From assembly GCA_030841765.1 (NCBI GenBank), contig JAUUSS010000001.1:1-49438 (forward strand): a stretch of DNA of 49,438 nt. Reading direction: 5' to 3'. The notes below the pieces were generated by a model. The model searched no databases and was not told where the DNA came from. It worked only from the letters and a program-made list of their open reading frames with translations. Source of the DNA: Collinsella aerofaciens (GTDB taxonomy: Bacteria > Actinomycetota > Coriobacteriia > Coriobacteriales > Coriobacteriaceae). The position numbers and the translations under genes are program-made. This document shows positions 7,684 through 17,193 of the stretch, piece by piece (within the stretch, counting starts at the first letter, position 1; each line of letters starts with the position of its first letter).

Positions 7684-10437
7684 ATGAACATCCCCGAGAC
7701 ACAGAAAGACCTGCTTGCCTACCTCGATCGCATCACGCGCGAGCTTGGCAGCACGCGGGGCGGGCGCATCCAGAACCGTCTCGACCACTTCACCACGGCA
7801 TCTATAACCGACTCGCTCGCCATCTCGCGCAGCCTGGCAAGTCAGTATCTCAACGAGCTCGTGCGCGCTGGCCTCGTGGTGAAAGCAGGGGCGCGACCGG
7901 TGTGCTACTTCCACCGCCGCTCCCTCGAACGCTTCTTCCAGTCTCGCATTGAGCGTAGCACCTACCCTTCGGTCGAGCAGCTCTTCGCCACGCTCGGAAA
8001 CGGCGAGCGACTCGACTTTGACCGCGCAATCGGTCACGAGCTGAGCCTTGCGCCCTGCATCAGCCAGCTCTGCGCCGCGCTCAAGTACCCGCCAGCTGGC
8101 CTGCCCATCCTGCTCTGTGGCGCTTCGGGAACCGGCAAGGGTCTACTCGCCGAACTTGCCCTCGAATACGGCAAGAACGTCGGCGTCCTGCAGCAGGAAG
8201 CCAAGCTTGTGAGCATCGACTGCTCGCATTACGCAGACGATGCCCGCGCGCTCACTCACGATCTGTGCGCAGATGGCGGGCCTGCAGATCGGGCGAGCGG
8301 CGGCATCGTTTATCTCAAGGACGTCGACACCCTCTCACCCGCTGCCCAGGACGCGCTCTTGGAGTGGGCCTCCGCACAGGCGGGCGCCATTGTGCCAGCC
8401 CCTGCTGCGCGCCTTATCTTTGCCACCTCAAACGAGGCAGACAGTACCGAGTGCCGCAGCCTTACGCGTCGCATCCCCATGTCCGCCCAGGTGCCGTCTC
8501 TGCGCGAGCGCACCCAGGAGGAGCGTGAGGAACTGACTCTCCACTTCCTCAAGGAGGAGGGCCGACGCATAGGACGCGACATCCTCATAAGTCGCGGAGC
8601 CTTCCGAGCCCTCGCCGGCACCAACTTCGAGGAGAACGTACGCGGCCTACGCGACTGCATCACCAACTGTTGCGCCGAGGCCTATCTAGACACGAAGGGT
8701 GACAGCCTGGAGATTCGCACCTACCAGCTTCCCTCCGCAATCCTTGCCGGCTCCGCACTTGAGCGCAGCGAGAACGATATGCAGCTCATCGACACCACCC
8801 GGAGCATCCAAAGCCAGGCGGACGACCGCGCACGGCATGTACTCGACGCCATGCTGGAGCCATACGAGAGCTATCGCGAAGGCACGCTTGATGGGAGCGC
8901 GTGCAGCGCTCAGCTGGTGGAGCGAGCCCGCGACCTTGAGGACTACCTGGCGTTCGGGCAAAACCCGGGCCGCTCGAAGTCCGACGCATACGAGCAGATC
9001 GCCGACAGCGTCGTCACTTCCGTGAACGAACTCTACTCGATCGATTTGTCCCGAAAGAGCTCGCATCTAATCGCCCAGGGCATCTGCCTCCAGCTGTGGC
9101 CGCCCGCAAACCTCTCGCGTTGGAAGAGCTCCCATGCAAGCGAGCTTTCCGGCATGCGCGGCGTCGTGGCCCAGCGCAACCGCTTTGCCGTTACTGTCTG
9201 CGCCTGCATCGCTGATGAACTCAAGGCTACGCTCGGCATCGCGCTCGACGATCTCACGTGTCTGCTCGTCCTTGCGCATGCGGCACTCGCACTCGACCCG
9301 TCTAAGCGTCGTCGGAGCGTCGGTATCGTCCTCAGTCATGGCTACTCGACCGCCACGAGCATCGCCGACGCTGCCAATCGGATTCTTGACACGAGGGTCT
9401 TCGAGGCCATCGATATGCCCTACGACCAGAAGGTTACGGACGTCGCTGCTCCTCTTCAGCAAATCATCGACCGCTTCTCCTACGCAGACGAGGTCGTCAT
9501 CCTCGTGGACATGGGATCGCTCCAGGATATTTATAAGAGTCTGGAATCCACCTCCGGCATGACACTCGGCATCATCAACAACGCCTCTACCGGCCTTGCG
9601 GTGGAGGTTGGCGCCGGACTTATCGCGGGTCGCTCCGTGCGAGAGGTTCTCGACGATGCTGCGGCAGCTTGCACCTGTAATTATCACATCGTGGCGCGCA
9701 ACGCCCGACCGGACGCGATTGTCTTCTGCTCCGAAGGCGGACTTGACGCAGCTGCGCGGATCCGCGATCTCGTGGCGCAGAGCCTGCCTGGCGAGTCCCC
9801 CGCGCGGCTTGTCGCCGTTGGCTGGCGGCAGCTCGCCAATAACGGATCTGAGGATGCCGCCTTCTCCCAGTACAACGTGCGCTCGGTCATCGGCACGGAC
9901 AATCCGCACGCCGACGGAGTCCCGTTCATTTCGCTCGAGGAACTCATCGCCGGCGAAGGAACGGCCCAGATAGACCGCGCCTTCGCACGCTTGCTCGACG
10001 CTGACGGCTTGCGCACGTTCCACCAGAATCTCGTCAAGAACATGACCCTCAGGAACGTGGTCGAGTCCATCACAATCCTTAACCCCAACAAGCTCTTCGG
10101 CGAAATCGAGAGTGCCGCGGAGCGGCTCCAGCAGCTCACCGGAGACGTGATTGGCGCTCGCGTGAGCATGGGGCTCTACGTGCACCTGTGTTGTCTCGTG
10201 GAGCGCCTCGTGACCAGAAGCCCCATCGAGAACTACGCAGACGAGCAGCGCTTCGCCAATGAACACAACGATTTCGTCGAGGCATTCCGCACGAGCTTCT
10301 CTGACATTTCCGCCCATTACCACGTGGAGGTCCCCGTCACGGAGATCGCCTACGCATACGACTACATCAATTCCCGGCATACCCCGCGCAGGCAGGCCAC
10401 GCTGAACGATGGGCCCGCGGCCCAGCAGGACGAGTGA
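7684..10437 (+). CDS. LevR/DgaR-like PRD-containing transcriptional activator (HTH-AAA+-PRD-EIIA-EIIB-PRD)
   Basis: ISRSLASQYLNEL HTH; ALKYPPAGLPILLCGASGTGKG Walker A; SHGYSTATSIA and LVDMGSL EIIA; ESITILNP..LYVHLCCLVERL PRD. AGGAGG at 7669-7674 favours ATG 7684 over 7582. Confidence 0.9.
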   Translation: MNIPETQKDLLAYLDRITRELGSTRGGRIQNRLDHFTTASITDSLAISRSLASQYLNELVRAGLVVKAGARPVCYFHRRSLERFFQSRIERSTYPSVEQLFATLGNGERLDFDRAIGHELSLAPCISQLCAALKYPPAGLPILLCGASGTGKGLLAELALEYGKNVGVLQQEAKLVSIDCSHYADDARALTHDLCADGGPADRASGGIVYLKDVDTLSPAAQDALLEWASAQAGAIVPAPAARLIFATSNEADSTECRSLTRRIPMSAQVPSLRERTQEEREELTLHFLKEEGRRIGRDILISRGAFRALAGTNFEENVRGLRDCITNCCAEAYLDTKGDSLEIRTYQLPSAILAGSALERSENDMQLIDTTRSIQSQADDRARHVLDAMLEPYESYREGTLDGSACSAQLVERARDLEDYLAFGQNPGRSKSDAYEQIADSVVTSVNELYSIDLSRKSSHLIAQGICLQLWPPANLSRWKSSHASELSGMRGVVAQRNRFAVTVCACIADELKATLGIALDDLTCLLVLAHAALALDPSKRRRSVGIVLSHGYSTATSIADAANRILDTRVFEAIDMPYDQKVTDVAAPLQQIIDRFSYADEVVILVDMGSLQDIYKSLESTSGMTLGIINNASTGLAVEVGAGLIAGRSVREVLDDAAAACTCNYHIVARNARPDAIVFCSEGGLDAAARIRDLVAQSLPGESPARLVAVGWRQLANNGSEDAAFSQYNVRSVIGTDNPHADGVPFISLEELIAGEGTAQIDRAFARLLDADGLRTFHQNLVKNMTLRNVVESITILNPNKLFGEIESAAERLQQLTGDVIGARVSMGLYVHLCCLVERLVTRSPIENYADEQRFANEHNDFVEAFRTSFSDISAHYHVEVPVTEIAYAYDYINSRHTPRRQATLNDGPAAQQDE

Positions 10438-10473
10438 CGCGCCTCGCAAGCAAAGGAAGGAAGCCAACATCAC

Positions 10474-10533
10474 ATGAGCATCATCGCCGCATGTATCGAC
10501 AACCGCCTGCTACACGGCATAGTGGCAACCCAG
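10474..10533 (+). pseudogene. 20-codon stub of PTS IIB gene (duplicate of 2570)
   Basis: MSIIAACIDNRLLHGIVATQ, then unrelated sequence. Confidence 0.85.
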
Positions 10534-10826
10534 CGGATACTGGAGCGAACGGCGAGCCGCTCGTCGGCCGGGAAGCAGTCAAAGGTGGCAAAGTAGTCGC
10601 GCGGCTCCTCGGCGCAGCGGATGAGCTGGCCCGACCCGTCCGGACGCATCAGCACCTCGGCACGCTTGAGCCGGCCGTTGTAGTTGTAGCCCACCGAGAA
10701 CCCGTGCGCGCCCGCATCGTGGATGACGAGCAAGTCGCCCTCCTCCACTTCGGGCGGGCGCCGGTCGATAGCGAGCTTGTCGTTGTTCTCGCACAGCGAC
10801 CCCACCACGCCGTAGGTGTGCTCGGC
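10534..10826 (-). pseudogene. lysA: Diaminopimelate decarboxylase C-terminal remnant
   Basis: VVGSLCENNDK..GDLLVIHDAGAHGFSVGYNYNGRLKRAEVL..IRCAEEPRDYFAT. Confidence 0.82.
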
Positions 10827-10966
10827 AGCACCGCTATGCGGAACGCCCCGCGATCTCGACCGAGAGCACGTCGGAGAACGGGATGTCTAATTGCTGGGGC
10901 CTGTCAGCTTGGGGCCTGCCGCCGCGGGTGTAGCCGGACTGCATGCGTTCGGCGCTGCTAGGCACG

Positions 10967-11113
10967 ATGTCGGGCATCGCCGCGGGCAAGACGGCGGGTC
11001 TCACCGTGTTCGCCAAGCGCGAGGAGCGTTTTGGTTTTTCGCAAGCAAATGCGGACGAAATCATCGACCAGATTCCCGATCTGCTCAAACATGCAGGGCC
11101 CCTATGTGTTTAA
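10967..11113 (+). pseudogene. C-terminal remnant of HAD-family phosphatase
   Basis: SGIAAGKTAGLTVFAKREERFGFSQANADEIIDQIPDL resembles the HAD-IA motif IV tail; no N-terminal part. Confidence 0.5.
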
Positions 11114-11180
11114 CCTCATTTTTCCGTGTGCGGTAGAATGGAGTAGTTGAGATCGCGAACGCCTTAAAGGGAGAGTTTTT

Positions 11181-11915
11181 GTGGATACGCATCTGGATGG
11201 GGGCTCTTCCGCCCCGCTGTATCAACAGGTGCTCGATTTGCTCAAGAGCGATATCGAACAGGGGACATATCCCGTTGACTCGCAGATTCCAACGGAACTT
11301 GAGCTTTCTAAGATGTACGGCGTGGGAAGGGTCACGGTTCGTCGCGCAATAGAGGAGCTTGTGGGCGAGGGGTATCTCACCAAGCGGCAGGGGCGTGGTA
11401 CGTTTGTGACCGCGACAAAGATAATTCGCAAGGTGCATCAGAAGGACGATGTTCAGAGTTTTACCCAAGCATGCGCTGAAAACGGCATGAAGGCGGGCGC
11501 TCGCGTCGTTGCCCGCAAGACCGTTGCCGCCGATCGCGACCTCGCTTCTTTCTTTGGCTTGGATGAAGGCTCTGACCTCATCTTGGTCTCACGCGTGCGT
11601 ACCGCAGACGGCGTGCCGGTCCTGTTCGAGAACAACTACTATCCTGTTGACGGATTCGAATTTCTCAAAGATATCGGTCTCTCCAATTGCTCGATATTCG
11701 AGGCCGTGGGGGAGCGTACGGGTAGGTATCCCTGTTCATCCGATCCCTGCAGGCTAGAGATCGCCCGTGCGGGAATTGATACCGCCCGCGAGCTCAAGGT
11801 CCCAGTAGGGGAGCCGCTATTCTTCATGAACGCGGGCTTTCTCGATTCCAACGGAGAGCGCTTCTGCTATGGCAGGCAGTACTACGTGGGTTCGCGCTAC
11901 AGCTTCGATATCTAG
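11181..11915 (+). CDS. frlR: GntR/HutC family regulator (FrlR-like), wHTH + UTRA
   Basis: PLYQQV..IPTELELSKMYGVGRVTVRRAIEEL..RQGRGTFV; UTRA RVRTADGVPV; adjacent to frl genes; GTG start with GGGAG RBS. Confidence 0.8.
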   Translation: MDTHLDGGSSAPLYQQVLDLLKSDIEQGTYPVDSQIPTELELSKMYGVGRVTVRRAIEELVGEGYLTKRQGRGTFVTATKIIRKVHQKDDVQSFTQACAENGMKAGARVVARKTVAADRDLASFFGLDEGSDLILVSRVRTADGVPVLFENNYYPVDGFEFLKDIGLSNCSIFEAVGERTGRYPCSSDPCRLEIARAGIDTARELKVPVGEPLFFMNAGFLDSNGERFCYGRQYYVGSRYSFDI

Positions 11916-11988
11916 CGGCTCTGTCTCGCGCAGCGCTGTTCTCGCCATCGCCGCAACAGGTCCGTTTAGCGCGTAAAAGTTACCACTT

Positions 11989-12059
11989 ATAGAACAACCT
12001 AATATGTTTCTTGACCGGCACCTTCATGCAGGTTATACATAGGACAACCTAAGATGTTT
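11989..12059 (+). promoter_or_regulatory. frl operon promoter flanked by two 21-bp direct repeats (candidate FrlR operators)
   Basis: ATAGAACAACCTAATATGTTT (11989-12009) and ATAGGACAACCTAAGATGTTT (12039-12059); TTGACC-17 nt-TATACA (12011-12039) lies between them. Confidence 0.75.
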
Positions 12060-12113
12060 GCTTATACGTGAGGGTTTTTTGGCAAGCATCGTTGCTCTGA
12101 CAGGAGGTTAAGA

Positions 12114-13578
12114 ATGTCGGATGCCAAACAGGAGAAGCCCAAGCGCAGATTCCATCTCCAGCTTCCCCATGTGTACACCATCGCGTTCATGCTGATTGTG
12201 TTCTTCGCGGTGCTCACATGGATCGTCCCATCGGGTCAGTTCGACCGTCAGACCATTCAGACGGCCGCGGGCGAGCGAGAAGTCGCCGTAGCCGGAACGT
12301 ACCAAGAAGTCGACAAGGTCTACACCGATTCGGAGACGGGGGGAGACCGTCGATCTGCGACAGGGCATCGATGCCGTCCTGCAGGCTCCCGCCAAGGGCA
12401 TCCAGGCTGCGGCCGATGTCGTCGCGTTCGTCCTGCTGATCGGCGGATCGTTCGCCATCGTCACCAAGACCAACGCCCTAAACGCCGGTATGAGCCGCGT
12501 GATCAAGAAGTTGAAGAACAAGGACATCTTGATCATCCCCATCTCCATGGTCCTGCTCTCGATCTGCGGCACCACGTTCGGCATGTCCGAGGAGGCGCTG
12601 CCGTTCTACGCGATCTTCATCCCCATCATGCTGAGCATCGGGTATGACTCCATGACCGCATTCATCATCTGCTTCCTCGGCCCCAACCTTGGTTACTGCG
12701 CATCCACTATCGATCCTTTCAACGTGCTGATCGCCCAGGGCGTTATCGGCATCGAGGGAAATCCCCAGCTTTGGCTCCGCGCCATCCTGTGGGCCATCTT
12801 CACCGCCGCGGGCATTTTCTGGGCCATGCGCTACGCGCGCCGCGTCAAGCTCGATCCCAAGTCCTCCATCACCTATGAGGACGATAAGCAGAAGCGCATC
12901 GAGTTCTCTGTCACCGACGCCTCTATCGAAGAGGAGTTCACGCTTCGCCACGAGCTCGTCCTCATTGATTTCGCGGTCGGCATGGGCGTTATCGTGTGGG
13001 GCCTCGTTACCCAGGGCTGGTATATGGACGAGATCTCTATGGTGTTCCTGGCCATGGGCCTTCTTGCCGGCATACTCGGCGGCTTGGACGAGAAGACCAT
13101 TGCGGAGGAGTTCGTCCGCGGAATCGCCGACTTCGCCTACGCAGCCTGCATCATCGGTATCGCCCGCGGCATCCTGGTCGTTGCAGAGGGCGGAATGATC
13201 ATCGACTCTATTCTTAACTGGCTCGTCGGACTCCTTGCGGGCGCTCCGTCCTTCATCTATACCACCTTCATGTACATCGTCCTCGGCCTGCTTTCGCTGC
13301 TGGTTCCTTCCAGCTCCGGCCTCGCTGCACTCACCATGCCAGTCATGGGCCCGCTGACCGAGCTTATGGGTCTCAATCCCGAGGCTGCCGTCACCGCTCT
13401 GCAGTTCGCGAACCAGACCATCAACACCATCAGCCCCGTTGCGGGCATGACCGTCGCGGGTCTCGCCGTAGCGAAGATCTCCTTCGGGCAATGGTGGAAG
13501 ACCATCTGGAAGTTCTTTATCTTCATGGTCCTGTTCGGATTGGTCGCGACTACGATCTCCGGCCTACTGCCGATGTAG
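12114..13578 (+). pseudogene. YfcC/DcuC-family (basic amino acid-type) transporter, +1 frameshift in G6 tract 12338-12343
   Basis: LPHVYTI..LTWIVPSGQFDR; removing one G gives ETGETVDLRQGIDAVLQAPAKG..FVLLIGGSF, joining GTTFGMSEE and VPSSSGLAALTMP. Confidence 0.82.
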
Positions 13579-13588
13579 GAGGTGCCCG

Positions 13589-15151
13589 GTGTTTGATCGT
13601 TCGCTAGTATTGCTGTCCCGCAGCATCTTTACCGGCCTTTCCGATGAACCGATCGACGGATATGTTTCGATTCGCGGTAATCGCATCGAATCCGTGGGCG
13701 CCTCTGATCGGGCTGCCGAATATACTGCGCATGCGGACGAGGTTCGCGACCTTGGCTCCAGAACCGTCATGGCAGGCCTTGTCGACGTGCACACGTTCTT
13801 TACCGGCTGGGTGCTCCGTCGCATCGGCGCCGATCTTATCGATGCGACCTCGGCAGATGATGTTTTCACCGCGATGTCGAATTGGAAGGAGGAGCGGCCC
13901 CAGGCCCCTATGGCGTTGGGCATGAACCTTCCGGAGACCCTTATGGGTGACGACTTGGTTGATATGTTGGACGAGAAGTTCTCATCCACGCCTGCCGTCG
14001 CCTTTACTGCCGGCGCGGAGACCTGCGTGCTCAACTCCGCCGCATCTGCGCGCTATGGTTTTACGCCCGAGGCTTGCTATGCCGAGATGATTTGGCACCT
14101 TATGCGCGATTATCTACCTCTTCAGGAAGTCCGCGATGCGTATGGCGACTACATGACCATGCTTAACTCCCGTGGCGTCACCGCCATCAAGGAGATGTGC
14201 TTTGACGATTATTACGGATTTGCGGACGAGATGTATCGCCGCGAGCAGGAAGGCGAACTTACGGTTAGGGTCGACATGATGAGCCAGCCCGTCGGGCATG
14301 GAGCCGACCTTGATTACGCCTGCTCGGCGCGCGACCGCTTCCAAGGAGACTTCGTCAGGTTCTCCGGCTTCAATCGCATGACCGATCGCGGCGTGTGGTG
14401 CGGCCTGGCCGAGATGATCGATCCCTACGAGGGGGGGGCCGATGCGGGTGCCGGCGGAAAGACCGTGGTCGAGGAGCCCGAATGGGACCTCATCTCTCGC
14501 GAGCTGTCCGAGATCGATGCCCAGGGATTCCGCTACTCCCTGCATTGCCAGGGGGATGGGGCCGTTCGCAAGACGATCGACCTGTATGAGCGGCTACCGC
14601 GTGATGAGTCGGGAAGGCTCGCTCGCAGGCATTCGATTACGGACCTTGAGAACTCCGATCCAGCTGACCTGGCGCGCATGGGCGCCATCGGCGGTATCTG
14701 CGAGGTCTATCCCCAGATCCTTACTCTTGATAAGCGCGAGGATTGCCTTTCGACCATGCGTCGCCAGATAGGAGAGAAGAGGCTCTCCCGCAGCTGGAAC
14801 CGTCGCGCCATGGTGGATGGCGGATGTGTGCTGTGCTGCGGAACCGATCTTCCCCTCCTTATCCCGCATCTAGGAGATTCGATCTACAGCGCCTGCGGAG
14901 GGTACTTCGCCGACGGTTTGGACGTCAACCCGCAGAATACCGTTAGCGTTGCCGAGCTGCTGCGGGCATGGACTGCCGGGGGTTCCTACGATCTGGTTCG
15001 CGAGAACGATTTCGGCACCCTCGAGGCGGGCAAGCTCGCGGACATCTGCGTTTTGGACCGCGATGTGTTTGCGGTGGACCCCAAAGATGCCAGAGACATC
15101 CAGGTCTCGCTCACGCTGAGCGATGGTCGGGTCGTGTACGAAGATTGCTAG
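13589..15151 (+). CDS. Amidohydrolase family 3 (YtcJ-like) metal-dependent hydrolase
   Basis: DLGSRTVMAGLVDVH, LHCQGDGA, GTDLP, GTLEAGKLADICVLDRD. Confidence 0.85.
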   Translation: MFDRSLVLLSRSIFTGLSDEPIDGYVSIRGNRIESVGASDRAAEYTAHADEVRDLGSRTVMAGLVDVHTFFTGWVLRRIGADLIDATSADDVFTAMSNWKEERPQAPMALGMNLPETLMGDDLVDMLDEKFSSTPAVAFTAGAETCVLNSAASARYGFTPEACYAEMIWHLMRDYLPLQEVRDAYGDYMTMLNSRGVTAIKEMCFDDYYGFADEMYRREQEGELTVRVDMMSQPVGHGADLDYACSARDRFQGDFVRFSGFNRMTDRGVWCGLAEMIDPYEGGADAGAGGKTVVEEPEWDLISRELSEIDAQGFRYSLHCQGDGAVRKTIDLYERLPRDESGRLARRHSITDLENSDPADLARMGAIGGICEVYPQILTLDKREDCLSTMRRQIGEKRLSRSWNRRAMVDGGCVLCCGTDLPLLIPHLGDSIYSACGGYFADGLDVNPQNTVSVAELLRAWTAGGSYDLVRENDFGTLEAGKLADICVLDRDVFAVDPKDARDIQVSLTLSDGRVVYEDC

Positions 15152-15159
15152 GAGAGGAG

Positions 15160-16026
15160 ATGCCCAGCATGGATTTAAACGCTTCCGCGCCCCGCCTGCG
15201 TCGCGAGCAGGTCGCCGGCATGAACATTCACTACATCATGTGGTCGCTCGATTATTTCCTTGATGTTCAGCAGCGCCTTGGCTTCAAAACCATCGAGCTT
15301 TGGGCGGCCGAGCCGCACGTGACGCTGGACCACACGGGGTATTTCGAGGCCGACAAGCTTCGCCGCAAGATCGAGTCCCGCGGACTCTCCGGGAGCTCCC
15401 TGTGCCCGGAGAACGTGGTGTATCCGTGGCAGTACGCTGCCAGAAAGCCCCTCCACGCGCAGCGGAGCCTCGCTTACTTCAAGCACGGCATCGAGCTCGC
15501 CGAGGTGCTCGGCGCCCCGTATATGTCCATCAACTCCGGTTGGGGCGATTGGGACGAGGACCGCGAGGAAGCTTGGAAGCGCTCTGCCGAGCACTTGGCG
15601 ATTCTTGCGGACTATGCCGGCGAGCACGGCGTGACCCTCTGCATGGAGAGCCTGAGGCCGGAAGAGAGCAACTTGGTGGTTACACTCGCGGATGCCAGGC
15701 GCATGCTTGACCAAGTAGCCAGCCCGCACCTTACTCCAATGGTGGACACTACTGCTATGGGAGTCGCCGGCGAGAGCCTTGAAGAGTGGTTTGCCGAGTT
15801 TGGCGATGGTGCCATAAGGAACATGCACTTCATTGATGGCGACCCATACGGCCATCTGGTTTGGGGCGATGGAAAGCACAGCATGGACGATTTCGTGCGT
15901 GTCCTCAACGCGCATGGGTTCGAGGGCTATCTTGGCCAGGAGATCACCGATGGAAGGTATTTCGATGATCCCGCAGCAGCGGACCGGCGCAACATGGACG
16001 CCTTCGAGAGGTATTTTGTCGACTAG
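15160..16026 (+). CDS. frlC: Fructoselysine 3-epimerase-like TIM-barrel (sugar phosphate isomerase/epimerase)
   Basis: GFKTIELW, LCMESLRPEES, MVDT, MHFIDG..HLVWGDG, YLGQEI; GAGGAG RBS. Confidence 0.72.
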   Translation: MPSMDLNASAPRLRREQVAGMNIHYIMWSLDYFLDVQQRLGFKTIELWAAEPHVTLDHTGYFEADKLRRKIESRGLSGSSLCPENVVYPWQYAARKPLHAQRSLAYFKHGIELAEVLGAPYMSINSGWGDWDEDREEAWKRSAEHLAILADYAGEHGVTLCMESLRPEESNLVVTLADARRMLDQVASPHLTPMVDTTAMGVAGESLEEWFAEFGDGAIRNMHFIDGDPYGHLVWGDGKHSMDDFVRVLNAHGFEGYLGQEITDGRYFDDPAAADRRNMDAFERYFVD

Positions 16027-16126
16027 CGCGTAGCTCCCATTCGCGTGGGGCAGTCAACACGCTTGACGAGAAGACTTGCAGTAAACGTTGGCGGATTCGT
16101 CCGCCGTATCGAAAGGAAGAATAACA

Positions 16127-17095
16127 ATGAACGCACATGATCTCATCGCCGACGCAATCGCCGAAAAGGGCGGTTTCGATAGCGTCTTCTGGGTTGCCTG
16201 TGGCGGCTCCCTCATCGACCTGCTGCCCGCCCATGAGCTGCTTAAGCGCGAGGCGACTACGTTTGCCAGTGAGGCGTATACCGCCCGCGAGTTCGATATC
16301 ATGCGTCCCAAGCGCCTGGGCGAAAAGTCCCTTGTTATCGCTTGCAGCCACTCCGGCAACACTCCCGAGGTAATCGATGCGTGCTCGATCGCCAAGGCGG
16401 CGGGCGCAACCGTTATCGCACAGACCGACAACGCCGGCTCCGGCATCGATAACGGTGAGTGGACGTGCTGGGTATATCCGTGGGGCGAGGGAGTTCCGCA
16501 GGCGGAGGTACCCGCCGGCATCTCTTTGGCTCTCGCTGCCGAGCTCTTGGATCAGCAGGAAGGTTATGCTGACCTTGCCGATATGTACGAAGGCATCGCC
16601 AAGATGGACCGGATCCTGCCTGCGGCTCGCGAGAAGGTCAACGCCGAACTTTGCGACCGTTTCGCTGCCCTGTGCCAGGACCACAAGTTCCTGTATATCT
16701 TGGGATCCGGTCCCGTGTTTAGCCAGACCTATGGCTTCGCTATCTGCTCGCTTATGGAGATGCAGTGGCAGAGCTGCGCCTATATCCACTCCGGCGAGTA
16801 CTTCCACGGCCCCTTCGAGGTGACCGAGCCCGGAGTCTTCTACTTCCTGCAGATGTCTTCCAGTGAGTGCCGAGCCATGGATGAGCGCGCCCTCGCATTC
16901 CTCGAGACCCATACCGACACTCTTATGGTGCTCGACGCCATGGAGTACGGCATGGACCAAGTACCGGCAAGCGTTCGCGCGTTCCTTGATCCAATCCTGT
17001 TCTACGCGATGAACTGTGAGCTGCGCTCCGCTCGCGGCAAGGTGTTCGACCATCACCCGGACGTGCGTCGTTACATGGGCATCGTGAAGTACTAG
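16127..17095 (+). CDS. frlB: Fructoselysine-6-phosphate deglycase (SIS domains)
   Basis: WVACGGS, CSHSGNTPE, ICSLMEMQW..IHSGEYFHGPFEV, RRYMGIVKY. Confidence 0.9.
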   Translation: MNAHDLIADAIAEKGGFDSVFWVACGGSLIDLLPAHELLKREATTFASEAYTAREFDIMRPKRLGEKSLVIACSHSGNTPEVIDACSIAKAAGATVIAQTDNAGSGIDNGEWTCWVYPWGEGVPQAEVPAGISLALAAELLDQQEGYADLADMYEGIAKMDRILPAAREKVNAELCDRFAALCQDHKFLYILGSGPVFSQTYGFAICSLMEMQWQSCAYIHSGEYFHGPFEVTEPGVFYFLQMSSSECRAMDERALAFLETHTDTLMVLDAMEYGMDQVPASVRAFLDPILFYAMNCELRSARGKVFDHHPDVRRYMGIVKY

Positions 17096-17193
17096 CGATT
17101 TTAGAACGGGGCGCGAAGCGCTTTGAGACGTGCGAATCCTCGCGCCTCTTCTGCTCGCCGTAGCCACGGCGGTTTACCTGAATGGAGATAACC

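Noticed and set aside
6268..8037. 589-aa minus-strand ORF
   Set aside because: Chance read-through across antisense DNA and pseudogene fragments; only the 6799-6915 part looks like real protein
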